This document shows positions 37,768 to 48,710 of a DNA stretch of 64,000 nt, piece after piece. A model generated the notes under the pieces. That model had not been told where the DNA came from. It saw only the letters and a program-made list of their open reading frames with translations, and did no database searches. The translations under genes were made by a program, and so were the position numbers. The first letter of the stretch is position 1. Each line of letters begins with the position of its first letter. The stretch is from the NCBI GenBank assembly GCA_041694745.1, contig JBGFSD010000060.1, positions 10,812 through 74,811 of the forward strand. Reading direction: 5' to 3'. The DNA is from Pseudomonadota bacterium (lineage in GTDB: Bacteria > Pseudomonadota > Alphaproteobacteria > Rhizobiales > Xanthobacteraceae).

Positions 37768-37791
37768 ACTCCCCGCCTTTCGGCGGGGAGT
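37768..37791 (-). terminator. intrinsic terminator after the first Liv-type ABC operon
   Basis: On the minus strand: ACTCCCCGCC-gaaa-GGCGGGGAGT followed by TTCTCTTTTC, about 30 nt after the binding-protein stop. Confidence 0.7.
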
Positions 37792-37820
37792 CCTTATATA
37801 TGCAGATCGGCGCAGGGCGC

Positions 37821-39041
37821 TTAGCTGCCGCGCACTTCTCCGGAGATGATCGGGCCGAAGAATTCCCACTTGCCGCCCTTGAAGCGCATCATCTGGTTCT
37901 GCTCGATCGGATAGAAGTCCGTCGGGCTGGTGTTGACCTTGATGCCGGGCAGCAGGAGATCGAGCTCGAGGTCCTTCATGTTGGCCGCGGCTTTCATGAC
38001 GCCTTCTCGGGTCAGGTTCTTGCCGGCCGCGAGCAGCACCTTGTGCAGGTTCTGCGCGACGGTATAGCCGTAGACGTTGAAGCTCGAGGTCTTGTCGCCT
38101 TCCGGATAGTACTTGTCCATGAAGGCAAACCACTTCTTCATGCCGGGATCGTCCTTCCACTGCGGGTCGTTCTGATCCTTCAGATAGCCGGTGGAGAAGA
38201 TGCCTTCCGCATTCTCGAAGCCGGCCGGCTTCAGCACGCCACCCACCGAGTTCGAAACCTGGTTGAGGAAGTGCGCCGGCTTCCAGCCGATCTCCGCCAT
38301 CTTCTTGATCGACTGCGCGGCGAATTTCGGCGTGCTCGCATTGAAGAACACGTCGGCGCCGGAAGCCTTCAGTGCGATGATCTGGCTGTCCACGGTCGGG
38401 TCCGCGACTTCGTAGGGCTGCTCGGACACGATCATGGTCTTGGCCTTGGCGCCGAGACCGTCCTTCAGGCCCTTGACGTAGTCCTTACCGTAGTCGTCGT
38501 TCTGATAGAGAATGCCGATCTTCGCGTTCGGGTAGTTCTTCAGAATGTAGTCCGCATAGATGCGGCCTTCGCTCTGGTAGTTGGGTTGCCAGCCCATGGT
38601 CCAGGGGAACTTCTTCGGGTCACCCCACTTGGTGGCGCCGGTCGCGACGAAGAGCTGCGGCACTTTCTTGCCGTTGAGATAGCCCTGGATCGCGGTGTTG
38701 CCCGGCGTGCCGAGCGGCTGGAACACCAGAAGCACGTTGTCCTGCTCGACCAGCTTGCGGGTCTGCTCCAGCGCCTTCGGCGGCGAGTAGCTGTCGTCGT
38801 AGGAGATGAAGTTGACCATGCGGCCGTGAATGCCGCCTTCGGCGTTCACCATCTTGAAGTAGGCGGCGATCGACTTGCCGATCGTGCCGTAAGCGGAAGC
38901 AGGCCCGCTATACGGATTGATGTTGCCGATCTTGATTTCCTTGTCCGTAACGCCCGGCGTCTGCGCGGAGGCGGAGCCGGCCATTGCTACGGCGAAGCCC
39001 AGCGCGAGCGCCGGGACCATTCCGTATTTCTTGATCGTCAT
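37821..39041 (-). CDS. ABC transporter substrate-binding protein (LivK/branched-chain amino acid-type, family 4 SBP)
   Basis: Internal ATG at 39041 preceded by GGGAGG. It has a signal peptide ending AGSASAQ, then TPGVTDKEIKIGNINPYSGPASAYG. The 1019-aa track ORF upstream part is an off-frame shadow of the permease genes. Confidence 0.85.
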   Translation of the reverse strand: MTIKKYGMVPALALGFAVAMAGSASAQTPGVTDKEIKIGNINPYSGPASAYGTIGKSIAAYFKMVNAEGGIHGRMVNFISYDDSYSPPKALEQTRKLVEQDNVLLVFQPLGTPGNTAIQGYLNGKKVPQLFVATGATKWGDPKKFPWTMGWQPNYQSEGRIYADYILKNYPNAKIGILYQNDDYGKDYVKGLKDGLGAKAKTMIVSEQPYEVADPTVDSQIIALKASGADVFFNASTPKFAAQSIKKMAEIGWKPAHFLNQVSNSVGGVLKPAGFENAEGIFSTGYLKDQNDPQWKDDPGMKKWFAFMDKYYPEGDKTSSFNVYGYTVAQNLHKVLLAAGKNLTREGVMKAAANMKDLELDLLLPGIKVNTSPTDFYPIEQNQMMRFKGGKWEFFGPIISGEVRGS

Positions 39042-39067
39042 AGGTACCTCCCTTGGGAAAAGACCGT

Positions 39068-40165
39068 TCAGCCTCTCGCTTGCGCGAGACGCTGCACGGC
39101 CAGTCGAAGCAGCCCGGCCAGGCCGGACGGCATTACGTAGATGAGCAGGATCAGGAACACGCCGTACACGGTGCCGGTGAGTCCCTTGGAGCTCTGCTCG
39201 CCGATTGTCGGAAAGAAAGGAATGAAGCCGCGGACGAAGTCGGAGAAGGCCGCAAGGCCGAAGGCGATGTGCTCGGCGATGTTCGGCACGAACAGAATGA
39301 ACAGCGCGCCTAGGAAAGCGCCCGGGATCCAGCCTACTCCGCCCACGACCATGCCGACGAAAATCGCGACGGCAAGCGTGATCTGGAAGCTGTCGGGCGC
39401 CACGAACGCGATCAAGAGCGCACTCAGCGAACCCGCGACACCGGTGAAAAGCGCGCTCACGCCGAAGGTGAGTGTCTTGAACAGCGACAAATTTATGCCG
39501 GTGACCTTGGCGGCGATCTGGTTGTCGCGGATCGCCTTCATCGCGCGGCCGGAGCGGCTGTTCACGAGGCTGAAGGCGAGGAAGAACATCAGGATCGTCA
39601 CCGCGAAGGTGACGTAGAACGTCCACTGATCCTGATCGAGCGGCAGTCCGAACGGCGCCTCCGGCTTCATGTGGAAGAGCGCAAGACCCTGCACGCCGCC
39701 GGTAAGGTGCTCGATCGGCTTGAACTTCAGAATCTGCGGCGTGGCGATCGCCAGCGCGAAAGTGGCGAGCGCGAGATAGATGCCCTCCAGCCGCAACGCC
39801 GGCAACCCGAACAGGAAGCCGAACACGAAGCAGACCGCCGCCGCGAACGGAATCGTCAGATAGAACGGCATATCGAACTGCGTCATCAGAATCGCGGAAA
39901 CGTAGGCACCGATCGCATAGAAGGCGCTGTGGCCCAGCGAAAACTGGCCGTTGAATCCGGTGAGCAGATTCAGGCCCGCGATTGCGATCGCGTAGATGAG
40001 CAGCTGCGTGATCTGGAACGTGAAGACGCCGGACGCCGTCAGCGGGAAAAGAATCCCGGCGATCAGAATGAAAATGAAGCCGGAAAGTTTCCAGTTCTGG
40101 GCAAGCGTAATCACGGTCGCGCCGATGCCGGCGATCAGGATCGTGACGGGCGAAGTGGTTTTCAT
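39068..40165 (-). CDS. ABC transporter permease, LivM type
   Basis: 365 aa polytopic protein with LivM-like GQFSLGHSAFYAIGAY. Confidence 0.85.
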   Translation of the reverse strand: MKTTSPVTILIAGIGATVITLAQNWKLSGFIFILIAGILFPLTASGVFTFQITQLLIYAIAIAGLNLLTGFNGQFSLGHSAFYAIGAYVSAILMTQFDMPFYLTIPFAAAVCFVFGFLFGLPALRLEGIYLALATFALAIATPQILKFKPIEHLTGGVQGLALFHMKPEAPFGLPLDQDQWTFYVTFAVTILMFFLAFSLVNSRSGRAMKAIRDNQIAAKVTGINLSLFKTLTFGVSALFTGVAGSLSALLIAFVAPDSFQITLAVAIFVGMVVGGVGWIPGAFLGALFILFVPNIAEHIAFGLAAFSDFVRGFIPFFPTIGEQSSKGLTGTVYGVFLILLIYVMPSGLAGLLRLAVQRLAQARG

Positions 40166-40168
40166 GGG

Positions 40169-41044
40169 CTATACCCGGCTCACGATCTTGCGGCCGAACA
40201 GGCCGTTCGGCTTCAGGGTCAGCACGAGAATGATTAGCGCGAGCGCAATCGTGAGCTTCATCTCCGCGCCGAAATGCGGGATCAGCGACGCGAGGTTTTC
40301 GATCACGCCGACCGCGAAGCCGCCGAACACCGCGCCGCCGGGGCTCGTGAGCCCGCCCACCACCGCGCCGGCAAAACCGTAAAGCAGGATCGTCACCATC
40401 ATGTTGGGCTCCAGGAACACGACAGGCGCGATCATGATGCCCGCCACCGCGCCGATCGCCGCCGCCATGCCCCAGCCCAGCGCATTCATGAAGCCTACGC
40501 GAATGCCGACGAGCCGGGCGGAATCCGGATTGGCGGAGGCCGCGCGCATCGCAAGGCCGATCCGGGTGAAGCGGAAGAAGAGATAAAGCAGAACCAGCAT
40601 GATGCCCGTGACCGCGATCATGCCGGCGCCGTGCGCGCTGAGAATTCCGCCGCCGAGCACCGGCTTGGTGCCGAACGGGGTCGGGAACGGCTTGATCGTG
40701 AACTCCCAGATGAAGCCCGCCATCGAATTGATGATGACGAAGAGTGCGATGAAAATGACGATGTGGCTCAGAACCGGCGCGTTGTGCACCGGCTTGAAGA
40801 CCGCGCGCTCGATCGCATAGCCGAGCACGAAGGAGATCGCGATGGTGAGGAAGAACGCACCCCAATAGGGCATGCCCCACTGCATCAGTTGCCAGGCGAT
40901 ATAGGTCGAGAACATCGCCATCTCGCCCTGCGCGAAGTTCAGATGGTCAATGGCCTGGTAGATCATGACGATGGCGAGCGCGATGCAGGCGTAGATCGCG
41001 CCCGTCGCAAGCCCGCCGACGATCTGCTGTACGACTTGTTCCAT
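40169..41044 (-). CDS. ABC transporter permease, LivH type
   Basis: Probable start ATG 41044 (MEQVVQQIVGGLATGAIYA...), 10 nt after the upstream stop, with LivH-like NFAQGEMAMF. Confidence 0.85.
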   Translation of the reverse strand: MEQVVQQIVGGLATGAIYACIALAIVMIYQAIDHLNFAQGEMAMFSTYIAWQLMQWGMPYWGAFFLTIAISFVLGYAIERAVFKPVHNAPVLSHIVIFIALFVIINSMAGFIWEFTIKPFPTPFGTKPVLGGGILSAHGAGMIAVTGIMLVLLYLFFRFTRIGLAMRAASANPDSARLVGIRVGFMNALGWGMAAAIGAVAGIMIAPVVFLEPNMMVTILLYGFAGAVVGGLTSPGGAVFGGFAVGVIENLASLIPHFGAEMKLTIALALIILVLTLKPNGLFGRKIVSRV

Positions 41045-41054
41045 CGCTCTTCCT

Positions 41055-41768
41055 TCAGTATCCGAGATAGGCGCGCCGGATGTTTTCATCCTGGCTGAGT
41101 TCTTTGGCCGGGCCGGACATCACAACGCGGCCGGTTTCCAGAAGATAGGCGTGGTCGGCGAGTTCGAGGGCGAGCGACGCGTTCTGCTCGACCAGGAACA
41201 TCGACACCTTTTCCTTCTCGTTGAGGCGCCGCAGAATCCCGAACATTTCCTGCACGATCAGCGGCGCGAGACCGAAGGAGGGCTCGTCCAAAAGCATCAC
41301 CTTGGGCCGCAGCATCAGCGCGCGGCCGATCGCGAGCATCTGCTGCTCGCCGCCGGAAAGCGTGCCGGCCTGCTGCCGGAAGCGCTCTTTCAGCCGCGGA
41401 AAATACGTGAACACGAGGTCCATGTCGGCGGCGATCTGGCCCGCCGGCTGCGTGATGCCGCCGAGCTGAAGATTTTCCTCGACCGTCTGGCGCACGAAAG
41501 TGCCGCGGCCTTCGGGCACGTGGGCCACGCCGAGACGAACGATATCGGCGGTGTCCTTGTTCGAGATCAGCTTGCCGTCGAAGCGGATTTCGCCGGCGGT
41601 TTTCACCATGCCGGAGAGAGCGCGCAGGGTCGTCGTTTTTCCGGCGCCGTTCGCGCCGAGGAGCGTCGTAATGCCGCCAGCGTGCATATCGAAGTCGAGG
41701 TCATAGAGAATCTGCGTGGGCCCGTAGAAGGCGCGGAGATTCTTCGCGGAAAGCAGCGGCGTGCTCAT
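41055..41768 (-). CDS. ABC transporter ATP-binding protein, LivF type
   Basis: 237 aa with Walker A GANGAGKTT, signature LSGGEQQML and Walker B MLLDEPS. Confidence 0.9.
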   Translation of the reverse strand: MSTPLLSAKNLRAFYGPTQILYDLDFDMHAGGITTLLGANGAGKTTTLRALSGMVKTAGEIRFDGKLISNKDTADIVRLGVAHVPEGRGTFVRQTVEENLQLGGITQPAGQIAADMDLVFTYFPRLKERFRQQAGTLSGGEQQMLAIGRALMLRPKVMLLDEPSFGLAPLIVQEMFGILRRLNEKEKVSMFLVEQNASLALELADHAYLLETGRVVMSGPAKELSQDENIRRAYLGY

Positions 41769-42595
41769 TTCTTGCCGCTCCCGAGATAGGCCCGGATCAC
41801 TTCCGGGTCCTTCTGCACCTGCGCGGGCGTGCCCTCGGCGATCTTCTTGCCGAAATCGAGCGCAACCACCTTGTCGGAGATCGACATCACGAGGCTCATG
41901 TGATGCTCGACGAGGAGCACCGTGACGCCGCGCTCGTCGCGGATCTGCTTGATGAGACTGCCGAGTTCGCCGACCTCGTGATGGTTCAGGCCGGCGGCCG
42001 GTTCGTCGAGCAAAAGCAGTGTCGGTTTTGCCGCGAGTGCGCGGGCAAGCTCGACACGCTTCTGCGTGCCGATCGGAAGTCCGGAGACGAGCGTGTCGGC
42101 GACCTTGCGCAACTCGAGATAGTCGACGATCGCGCGCGCCTGCGCGTCGATCTCGCGCTCCTGCCGCTTCACCCAGGGGAGGCGGAAGGAATCGCTGAAA
42201 TAGTCGCTCTTCGTGACCGGATGAAACCCGACCTTGATGTTGTCGAGCACGGTCATGTTCTTGAACAGCGCGAGGTTCTGGAAGGTGCGCGCGATGCCGA
42301 GTCCCGCGATGTGATGCGGCGCGAGCTTGAGAATCGACTTGCCCTGGAAGGCGATATCGCCCGTATTCGGCGTGTAGAGCCGGCTCAGGCAGTTGAACAT
42401 CGTGGTCTTGCCGGCGCCGTTCGGGCCGATCAGCCCGAGAATCGTGCCTTCGTCCTGGTCGAACGAAACTCCATCCAGCGCAACGATGCCGCCGAAACGA
42501 ACGCCGACATCCCGCGCCGAAAGAATTGGGCCGGAGAATTTCGACTTAAGCGCTGCACCCGCTGCCGGGGTTGCGATTACGCGCATGTCCATCAT
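41765..42595 (-). CDS. ABC transporter ATP-binding protein, LivG type
   Basis: 276 aa with Walker A GPNGAGKTT, a signature region, LLLDEPAAG and a LivG C-terminal extension. Confidence 0.9.
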   Translation of the reverse strand: MMDMRVIATPAAGAALKSKFSGPILSARDVGVRFGGIVALDGVSFDQDEGTILGLIGPNGAGKTTMFNCLSRLYTPNTGDIAFQGKSILKLAPHHIAGLGIARTFQNLALFKNMTVLDNIKVGFHPVTKSDYFSDSFRLPWVKRQEREIDAQARAIVDYLELRKVADTLVSGLPIGTQKRVELARALAAKPTLLLLDEPAAGLNHHEVGELGSLIKQIRDERGVTVLLVEHHMSLVMSISDKVVALDFGKKIAEGTPAQVQKDPEVIRAYLGSGKK

Positions 42596-42665
42596 CGCCC
42601 GTCAAAGCGATGATGCAGTGTCTCCCTGCTGCCCACTTGCCTTCCCCTGTTTCACGCTTCTTCCC

Positions 42666-43541
42666 TCAGCCGCCGCTTAGCGCGGCTTCTATGTTCTTTG
42701 CGAGATTGACGAGACGCGGCCCGATTTCCCCTTCGAGCCGTTCCCGCGACGTCTGGTACACGTTGGCGCCGCAGTTGAATGCGTAGACGCCGGAATCGTC
42801 CGGCGGGATCAGCGGCACGCCGACGGCGTAGACGTCCTTCTCCCATTCGCCGAACGAGGTCGTGAAGCCGCGATCCGCGAGATCGCGGATCGCTTTCTCG
42901 ATGCCGGCCTTCACCTGCGGCCAGTTTTCCGCGGCATGGCGCTTGATGTGGCCCATCAGCCAGTCGCGTTCGTCCTCCGGCAGTGCCGCCACCAGTGCGC
43001 GGCCCATCGCCGTCGTCGAAATCGGAATCCGCGAGCCGAGATTGAGACGCAACAATCCGTCGGATTTCGAACGGCAATGCTCGATGTAAATGAGATGCAT
43101 GCGGTCGCGGCTGCCGAGCGCAACGGAGGCGCCGGCATAGTTCGCGAATTCCTGCATCTGCTTGCGCGCGACCTGGCGGATGCGCAGATTCGCGAGCGTC
43201 GAATAGCCGATCGAGAGCGCAGCCGGCGCGAGCGAATATTTTCCGAGCCGCTCGACATGGGTGAGATAGCCGAGCTTGGTCAGCGTGTAGGTGAGCCGCG
43301 AGATCGTGGTCTTCGGCAGGCCGGTGCGCTCGGCGATTTCGTTGTTGCCGAGGAGCCATTCGCCGGGTGTGAAGGCGCGCAGCACATCCAGTCCGCGCGC
43401 CAGCGCAACTACAAACTTGCGGTCGTTGCCGTCGTCGAGTTCGGAGAACTGACTGTCGGTGCGTTTGGACGCTGCACTCGGACTATGCACGCGTAAACTC
43501 CCCGCTCCTGCGCGCGAACTGATTGACTTCAATCGCACCAC
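42666..43541 (-). CDS. IclR family transcriptional regulator
   Basis: 291 aa with a GTG start in the track. It has an IclR HTH (LGNNEIAERTGLPKTTISRLTYTLTKLGYL) and an effector domain. The exact start is uncertain. Confidence 0.8.
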   Translation of the reverse strand: MVRLKSISSRAGAGSLRVHSPSAASKRTDSQFSELDDGNDRKFVVALARGLDVLRAFTPGEWLLGNNEIAERTGLPKTTISRLTYTLTKLGYLTHVERLGKYSLAPAALSIGYSTLANLRIRQVARKQMQEFANYAGASVALGSRDRMHLIYIEHCRSKSDGLLRLNLGSRIPISTTAMGRALVAALPEDERDWLMGHIKRHAAENWPQVKAGIEKAIRDLADRGFTTSFGEWEKDVYAVGVPLIPPDDSGVYAFNCGANVYQTSRERLEGEIGPRLVNLAKNIEAALSGG

Positions 43542-43560
43542 TTTCTAGCTTTCGCGTCAA

Positions 43561-43612
43561 GAATGCAGAACAGTGTTCCGCAAAGCGGAATTGCTCTTTG
43601 GGCGCTGCATTC
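43561..43612. promoter_or_regulatory. nested inverted repeats GAATGCAG...TTCCGC-aaa-GCGGAA...CTGCATTC in the IclR / fadB-like divergent region
   Basis: The inner repeat has perfect 6-bp arms (43576..43590) and the outer repeat has perfect 8-bp arms. Candidate IclR operator or RNA hairpin. Confidence 0.4.
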
Positions 43613-43692
43613 GTGTCTTGAGTGGGGAACGGCTCGCAGCAAAGCGAAAATCCGCTACGCTTCAGCCAAGAGGAAACGCCAAGGAAAATAAA

Positions 43693-45795
43693 GTGAGCGA
43701 ACCCGTTACGCTGCGCCGCGAAGGCGCAATCGCCGTTATTACCGTCGACAATCCGCCTGTGAATGCGCTGAAGCACGCCGTGCGTGCAGGCTTGCAGAAG
43801 CTTTTCAAGGAGGCGGATGCCGACGCAAGCGTGCAGGCGATCGTGCTCGCCTGTGCGGGCCGTACCTTCATCGCGGGGGCCGACATCACCGAATTCGGCA
43901 AGCCGCCGATGGCGCCTTCCCTGATCGAGGCGATCACCGACATCGACAACGTATCGAAGCCGACGGTTGCCGCGATCCACGGTACCGCGCTCGGCGGCGG
44001 TCTCGAGGTCGCGCTCGGCTGCAATTATCGCGTGGCGAGCAAGGACGCGAAGTTGGGTCTTCCCGAAATCAAGCTCGGTCTCATTCCCGGCGCCGGCGGC
44101 ACGCAGCGCCTGCCGCGCCTGATTGGGATCGAAAAGGCGCTTCCCATTATTCTTTCCGGCAATCCGGTCAGCGCGAGCCAGGCGCTTCAAGACGGTCTGG
44201 TCGACGAAATCATCGAAGGCGACCTTCTCGCCGGCGCGATTGCCTTTGCTAAGCGCCTCGCCAGCGAGCAGCTTTCGCTTAAGCGCGCGAGCCGGATGGA
44301 ACACAAGCTCACCGAGTTTCGCAAGAACCCGGAGAAGTTCGACGAACTTGCTGCCAAGGCGCTCGGCCGCAACAGAGGCCTGAAAGCGCCGATGGCGGCG
44401 GTCGAAGCCGTGAAGATGACGCTCTCCGTTCCGTTCGACGAGGCGGTGAAACGCGAGCGCAACATGTTCATCGAGCTGCTCATGACCGACGAGTCGAAGG
44501 CGCAGCGTCACGCCTTCTTCGCCGAGCGCGAAGCGACCAAGGTGCTCGACATGCCGAAGGACACCAAGGCGCGCGACGTGAAACGCGCGGCCGTGATCGG
44601 CGGCGGTACCATGGGCGGCGGCATCGCCATGTGCTTCGCCAATGCCGGCATCCCCGTGACGCTGATCGAAACCAGCGACGAGTTCCTGAAAAACGGTCTC
44701 GCCAAGATCCGGACGAACTACGAGAACACCGCGAAGCGCGGCGGCTTGAGCGAAGCCGAGGTCGAAAAGCGGATGAACCTGATTACCGGCGCGGTCGGGC
44801 TCGAGGCCGCAAAAGACGCCGACATGGTGATCGAGGCGGTGTTCGAGGAAATGGGACTGAAGAAAGAAATCTTCGGCAAGCTGGACAAGATCACCAGGAA
44901 GGGCGCGATCCTCGCCACCAACACGTCGACGCTGGACGTAAACGAGATCGCAAACTCGACTTCGCGTCCGCAGGACGTGATCGGGATGCACTTCTTCAGC
45001 CCCGCGAACGTCATGAAGCTCTTGGAGATCGTGCGCGGCGAGAAGTCGGCGTTCGACGCGATCCAGACCGCAATCGCGGTCGGACGCAAGATCGCGAAAG
45101 TGCCGGTCGTCGTCGGCGTCTGCTACGGTTTCGTCGGCAACCGGATGCTGCACCGGCGCGGCGTGCAGGCCGACCGCCTCGTACTCGAAGGCGCGCTGCC
45201 GCAGGAAGTGGACGCCGCCACCACCGAATTTGGCTTCCCCATGGGGCCGTTCGCGATGGGGGATCTCGCCGGCATCGACGTCGGCTGGCGCATTCGCCGC
45301 GCACGCGGCGAGAGGAACGAAGTCGCGGATACGCTCGCGGAGGCCGGCCGCTTCGGCCAGAAAACCGGCAAGGGCTACTATATATATGAGAAGGGTTCGC
45401 GGACGCCGATTCCGGATCCGGAAGTCGAGAAGATCATTCTCGATGCATCGGCGAAGAAAGGCATCAAGCGCCGGCCGATCTCGAAACAGGAAATCATCGA
45501 GCGCACGATCTATCCGATGATCAACGAGGGCGCCCGCATTCTCGAAGAAGGGATCGCCGCGCGTCCGGGCGACATCGACGTGATCTGGCTCTACGGCTAC
45601 GGCTGGCCGGTGTGGCGCGGCGGGCCGATGCACTACGCCGACACGGTCGGATTGAAACACGTGCGCGACCGGCTTGCGCATTACGCGAAAGAAAGCGGCG
45701 ACAAGACGCTCGAACCCACGAAGCTGCTGGACCGGCTCGCGAACGAAGGCAAGACCTTCGCGTCGCTGGCTTCCGAAATGAAGAAGGCGTCATGA
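43693..45795 (+). CDS. bifunctional enoyl-CoA hydratase / 3-hydroxyacyl-CoA dehydrogenase (FadB/FadJ-like)
   Basis: Probable GTG start at 43693 (AAGGA upstream), giving VSEPVTLRREGAIAVITVDNPPVNAL. A crotonase domain is followed by the NAD-binding AAVIGGGTMGGGIA of 3HCDH. Confidence 0.85.
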   Translation: MSEPVTLRREGAIAVITVDNPPVNALKHAVRAGLQKLFKEADADASVQAIVLACAGRTFIAGADITEFGKPPMAPSLIEAITDIDNVSKPTVAAIHGTALGGGLEVALGCNYRVASKDAKLGLPEIKLGLIPGAGGTQRLPRLIGIEKALPIILSGNPVSASQALQDGLVDEIIEGDLLAGAIAFAKRLASEQLSLKRASRMEHKLTEFRKNPEKFDELAAKALGRNRGLKAPMAAVEAVKMTLSVPFDEAVKRERNMFIELLMTDESKAQRHAFFAEREATKVLDMPKDTKARDVKRAAVIGGGTMGGGIAMCFANAGIPVTLIETSDEFLKNGLAKIRTNYENTAKRGGLSEAEVEKRMNLITGAVGLEAAKDADMVIEAVFEEMGLKKEIFGKLDKITRKGAILATNTSTLDVNEIANSTSRPQDVIGMHFFSPANVMKLLEIVRGEKSAFDAIQTAIAVGRKIAKVPVVVGVCYGFVGNRMLHRRGVQADRLVLEGALPQEVDAATTEFGFPMGPFAMGDLAGIDVGWRIRRARGERNEVADTLAEAGRFGQKTGKGYYIYEKGSRTPIPDPEVEKIILDASAKKGIKRRPISKQEIIERTIYPMINEGARILEEGIAARPGDIDVIWLYGYGWPVWRGGPMHYADTVGLKHVRDRLAHYAKESGDKTLEPTKLLDRLANEGKTFASLASEMKKAS

Positions 45796-47504
45796 CCTAT
45801 CGCCGCCCCTACCCCTGGGAGAAATCCTATCCGCCGGGCGTGGACTGGGCGGCACCGATCCGCGCAGGCACGGTCAACGATCTGTTCGACCGTGCCGTCG
45901 CAAATTACCCCGAGAACTTTGCGCTCGAATATCGCGACCGGCGCACGACCTATCGCGAGCTGGGCGATCTGGTTTCGCGCGCGGCCAGCGGACTGACCGC
46001 GCTCGGCGTGAAACCGGGCACGGCGGTCGGACTCTATCTTCCGAATACGCCCGTGCATCCGATCCTGTTCTTCGCAGTACTCAAATGCGGCGGGCGGGTC
46101 GTGCACATGTCGCCGCTGGATGCCGAGCGCGAGCTTGCGCACAAGCTCAAGGACTCCGGTGCGCGCATCATGGTGACGACGAATTTTCCGGGCATGGTGA
46201 CCCGCGCGCTGAAGCTCGACGCCGAAGGGCTCATCGATCATCTGATCATCGGAGACGACGCGGAGTTTGGGCCCGCGCCGATTCAATATGACGCGATCCC
46301 GGCAAACGGCCGTACCATCACACTGAAACACCTGCTCTCGCTGGCCCCGCCTCCGGCTGCGTGGCCGGTGGTGACAGAAGACGACATCGCGCTCCTGCAA
46401 TATACCGGCGGCACCACCGGCCTGCCGAAAGGCGCGATGCTCCTGCACCGCAATCTCACCTCGACGAACGCGATCTACAGGAACTGGGCGGCAGCCCAGC
46501 GCGAGCTCAAGTCCGGCGAGAAGGTCATCGTCTGCCTGCCGCTGTTTCACATCTACGCGCTGAGTTCGGTATTCCTGCGCGCGATCGACCAGGGCAACGA
46601 GTGCCTGCTGCGCCCGCGCTTCGATGTCGAAACCACCTTCCGCGACATCGAGGAGAAGAAGGCGAATTATTTTCCCGGCGTGCCGACCATGTGGATCGCA
46701 CTCGTCTCCTCGCCGGGGCTCGAGAAGCGCGATCTCTCCTCGCTCTCGATGTGCGCGTCGGGCGGCGCGCCGCTGCCGGTCGAAATCTTCGACCGCTTCA
46801 AGAAGATCACCGGCATTTCGCTGCGCGGCGGCTGGGGCATGACCGAGACCGCGCCGGCCGGCACCAACCTGCCCTATGACGGCGACGTGCCGCCGGGCAC
46901 CATCGGCCTGCCGCTGCCGGGACTTTACATGGATATCGTGGCCCTCGACGATCCCACGCGCACGCTTCCCTTCGGCGAGACCGGCGAAATGCGCATCAAG
47001 GGGCCGAACGTATTCGCGGGCTACTGGAACAAGCCGGAAGAAACCAGGGCCGCTTTCGTAGACGACGGATATTTCCTGACCGGCGACATCGGCTACATGA
47101 ACGAGGACGGCTGGCTGTTCCTCGTAGACCGCAAGAAGGACATGATCATCTCGGGCGGCTTCAACGTCTATCCGAGCGTGATCGAACACGCTTTGTTCGA
47201 ACACCCCGACATCGAAGGCGCGATCGTGATCGGCGTGCCCGACGACTATCGCGGCGAGGCCGCAAAAGCCTTCATCAAGATGAAAAAGGGTGCGGCGCCG
47301 CTCACCCTTGATGCCGTTAGGGAATTTCTCGCCGACAAGGTCGGCAGGCACGAAATGCCGGCGGCCGTCGAAATTCGCGATACGCTGCCGATGACTTCGG
47401 TCGGCAAGCTTTCCAAGAAAGAGCTTGTCGAGGAAGAGCGCCGCAAATACCAAGCTAGGAAACTTGAGAACTCGTCCGCTCCCGCGGGCGCCGTGAAACA
47501 GTGA
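45792..47504 (+). CDS. long/medium-chain fatty acid--CoA ligase (AMP-binding)
   Basis: Internal ATG at 45792 forms an ATGA overlap with the fadB-like stop. [19 protein letters not shown] is a typical FadD-like N-terminus, and the AMP motif is [14 protein letters not shown]. Confidence 0.85.
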   Translation: MTYRRPYPWEKSYPPGVDWAAPIRAGTVNDLFDRAVANYPENFALEYRDRRTTYRELGDLVSRAASGLTALGVKPGTAVGLYLPNTPVHPILFFAVLKCGGRVVHMSPLDAERELAHKLKDSGARIMVTTNFPGMVTRALKLDAEGLIDHLIIGDDAEFGPAPIQYDAIPANGRTITLKHLLSLAPPPAAWPVVTEDDIALLQYTGGTTGLPKGAMLLHRNLTSTNAIYRNWAAAQRELKSGEKVIVCLPLFHIYALSSVFLRAIDQGNECLLRPRFDVETTFRDIEEKKANYFPGVPTMWIALVSSPGLEKRDLSSLSMCASGGAPLPVEIFDRFKKITGISLRGGWGMTETAPAGTNLPYDGDVPPGTIGLPLPGLYMDIVALDDPTRTLPFGETGEMRIKGPNVFAGYWNKPEETRAAFVDDGYFLTGDIGYMNEDGWLFLVDRKKDMIISGGFNVYPSVIEHALFEHPDIEGAIVIGVPDDYRGEAAKAFIKMKKGAAPLTLDAVREFLADKVGRHEMPAAVEIRDTLPMTSVGKLSKKELVEEERRKYQARKLENSSAPAGAVKQ

Positions 47505-47508
47505 GGAA

Positions 47509-48696
47509 ATGAACATGCGCGAGGCCGTTATCGTCTCCACCGCCCGCACCCCGATCGGCAAGGCCTATCGCGGCGCCTTCAACAACACCGAGGGCGCGAC
47601 CCTCTACGGCCATGCCATCGAGCACGCCGTGAAGCGTGCCGGCATCGACGGCGCCGAAGTCGAGGACGTGGTGATGGGCACGGCACTCCAGCAGGGCACG
47701 ACCGGCGGCAACATCGCGCGCAAGGCGCTCCTGCGCGCAGGCCTGCCGGTTTCGGTCGCGGGCACCACGATCGACCGCCAGTGCGCCTCCGGCCTGCAGG
47801 CGATCGCGCTCGCCGCGCGATCGGTGATCTTCGACGGCGTCGAAATCGCGGTCGGCGGCGGCGGCGAGTCGATCAGTCTCGTGCAGAACGAGCACATGAA
47901 CATTTTTCACGCGGTCGATCCCGAACTGAAGAAGATCAAGGGCGACGTCTACATGCCGATGCTGGACACCGCCGAGGTCGTCGCCAAGCGCTACAACATC
48001 TCGCGCGAGGCCCAGGACGAGTATGCGCTGGAAAGCCAGCGCCGCACCGCGAGCGCGCAGCAGGGCGGCCGCTTCAAGGAAGAGATCGCGCCGATGACCA
48101 CCAAGATGGCGGTCGTCGACAAGGCGACGAAGGAAGTTTCTTACAAGGACATCACGCTTTCGCAGGACGAAGGCCCGCGCCCCGATACCAGCGCCGAGGG
48201 CCTGGCATCGCTCAAGCCGGTACGCGAAGGCGGCTCGATCACCGCTGGCAACGCGAGCCAGCTCTCCGACGGCGCGAGTGCCGCCGTCATCATGAGCGCG
48301 GAAATGGCCGCGAAGAAGAACCTCAAGCCGATGGGCATCTTCCGCGGCTTCGTCGCCGCCGGCTGCGAGCCGGACGAAATGGGCATCGGACCCGTCTATG
48401 CGATCCCGCGCCTCTTGAAGCGTCACGGCCTCAAGATCGACGACATCGACATCTGGGAACTGAACGAAGCCTTCGCGGTGCAGGTGATCTATTGCCGCGA
48501 CAAGCTCGGCATCGACCCGGAAAAGCTCAACGTCTCGGGCGGCTCGATCGCGGTCGGCCATCCCTATGGCATGACCGGCGCGCGGCTCGCGGGTCACGTG
48601 CTGATCGAAGGCAAGCGCCGCAAGGCGAAATACGGCGTCGTCACCATGTGCGTCGGCGGCGGCATGGGTGCCGCGGGCCTGTTCGAAATCCAGTAA
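47509..48696 (+). CDS. acetyl-CoA acyltransferase (thiolase)
   Basis: 395 aa with active-site contexts [10 protein letters not shown], a C-terminal [14 protein letters not shown], and CVGGGMG. Confidence 0.9.
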   Translation: MNMREAVIVSTARTPIGKAYRGAFNNTEGATLYGHAIEHAVKRAGIDGAEVEDVVMGTALQQGTTGGNIARKALLRAGLPVSVAGTTIDRQCASGLQAIALAARSVIFDGVEIAVGGGGESISLVQNEHMNIFHAVDPELKKIKGDVYMPMLDTAEVVAKRYNISREAQDEYALESQRRTASAQQGGRFKEEIAPMTTKMAVVDKATKEVSYKDITLSQDEGPRPDTSAEGLASLKPVREGGSITAGNASQLSDGASAAVIMSAEMAAKKNLKPMGIFRGFVAAGCEPDEMGIGPVYAIPRLLKRHGLKIDDIDIWELNEAFAVQVIYCRDKLGIDPEKLNVSGGSIAVGHPYGMTGARLAGHVLIEGKRRKAKYGVVTMCVGGGMGAAGLFEIQ

Positions 48697-48710
48697 GCGG
48701 AGCGCGAGCG

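Noticed and set aside
37525-37820. GCTAAC / GTTAGC motif triplet and other short repeats upstream of the REC-PAS-GGDEF-EAL gene.
   Set aside because: The 6-bp motifs have irregular spacing and could easily arise by chance in 300 nt. I note them but do not consider them strong enough to call an operator.
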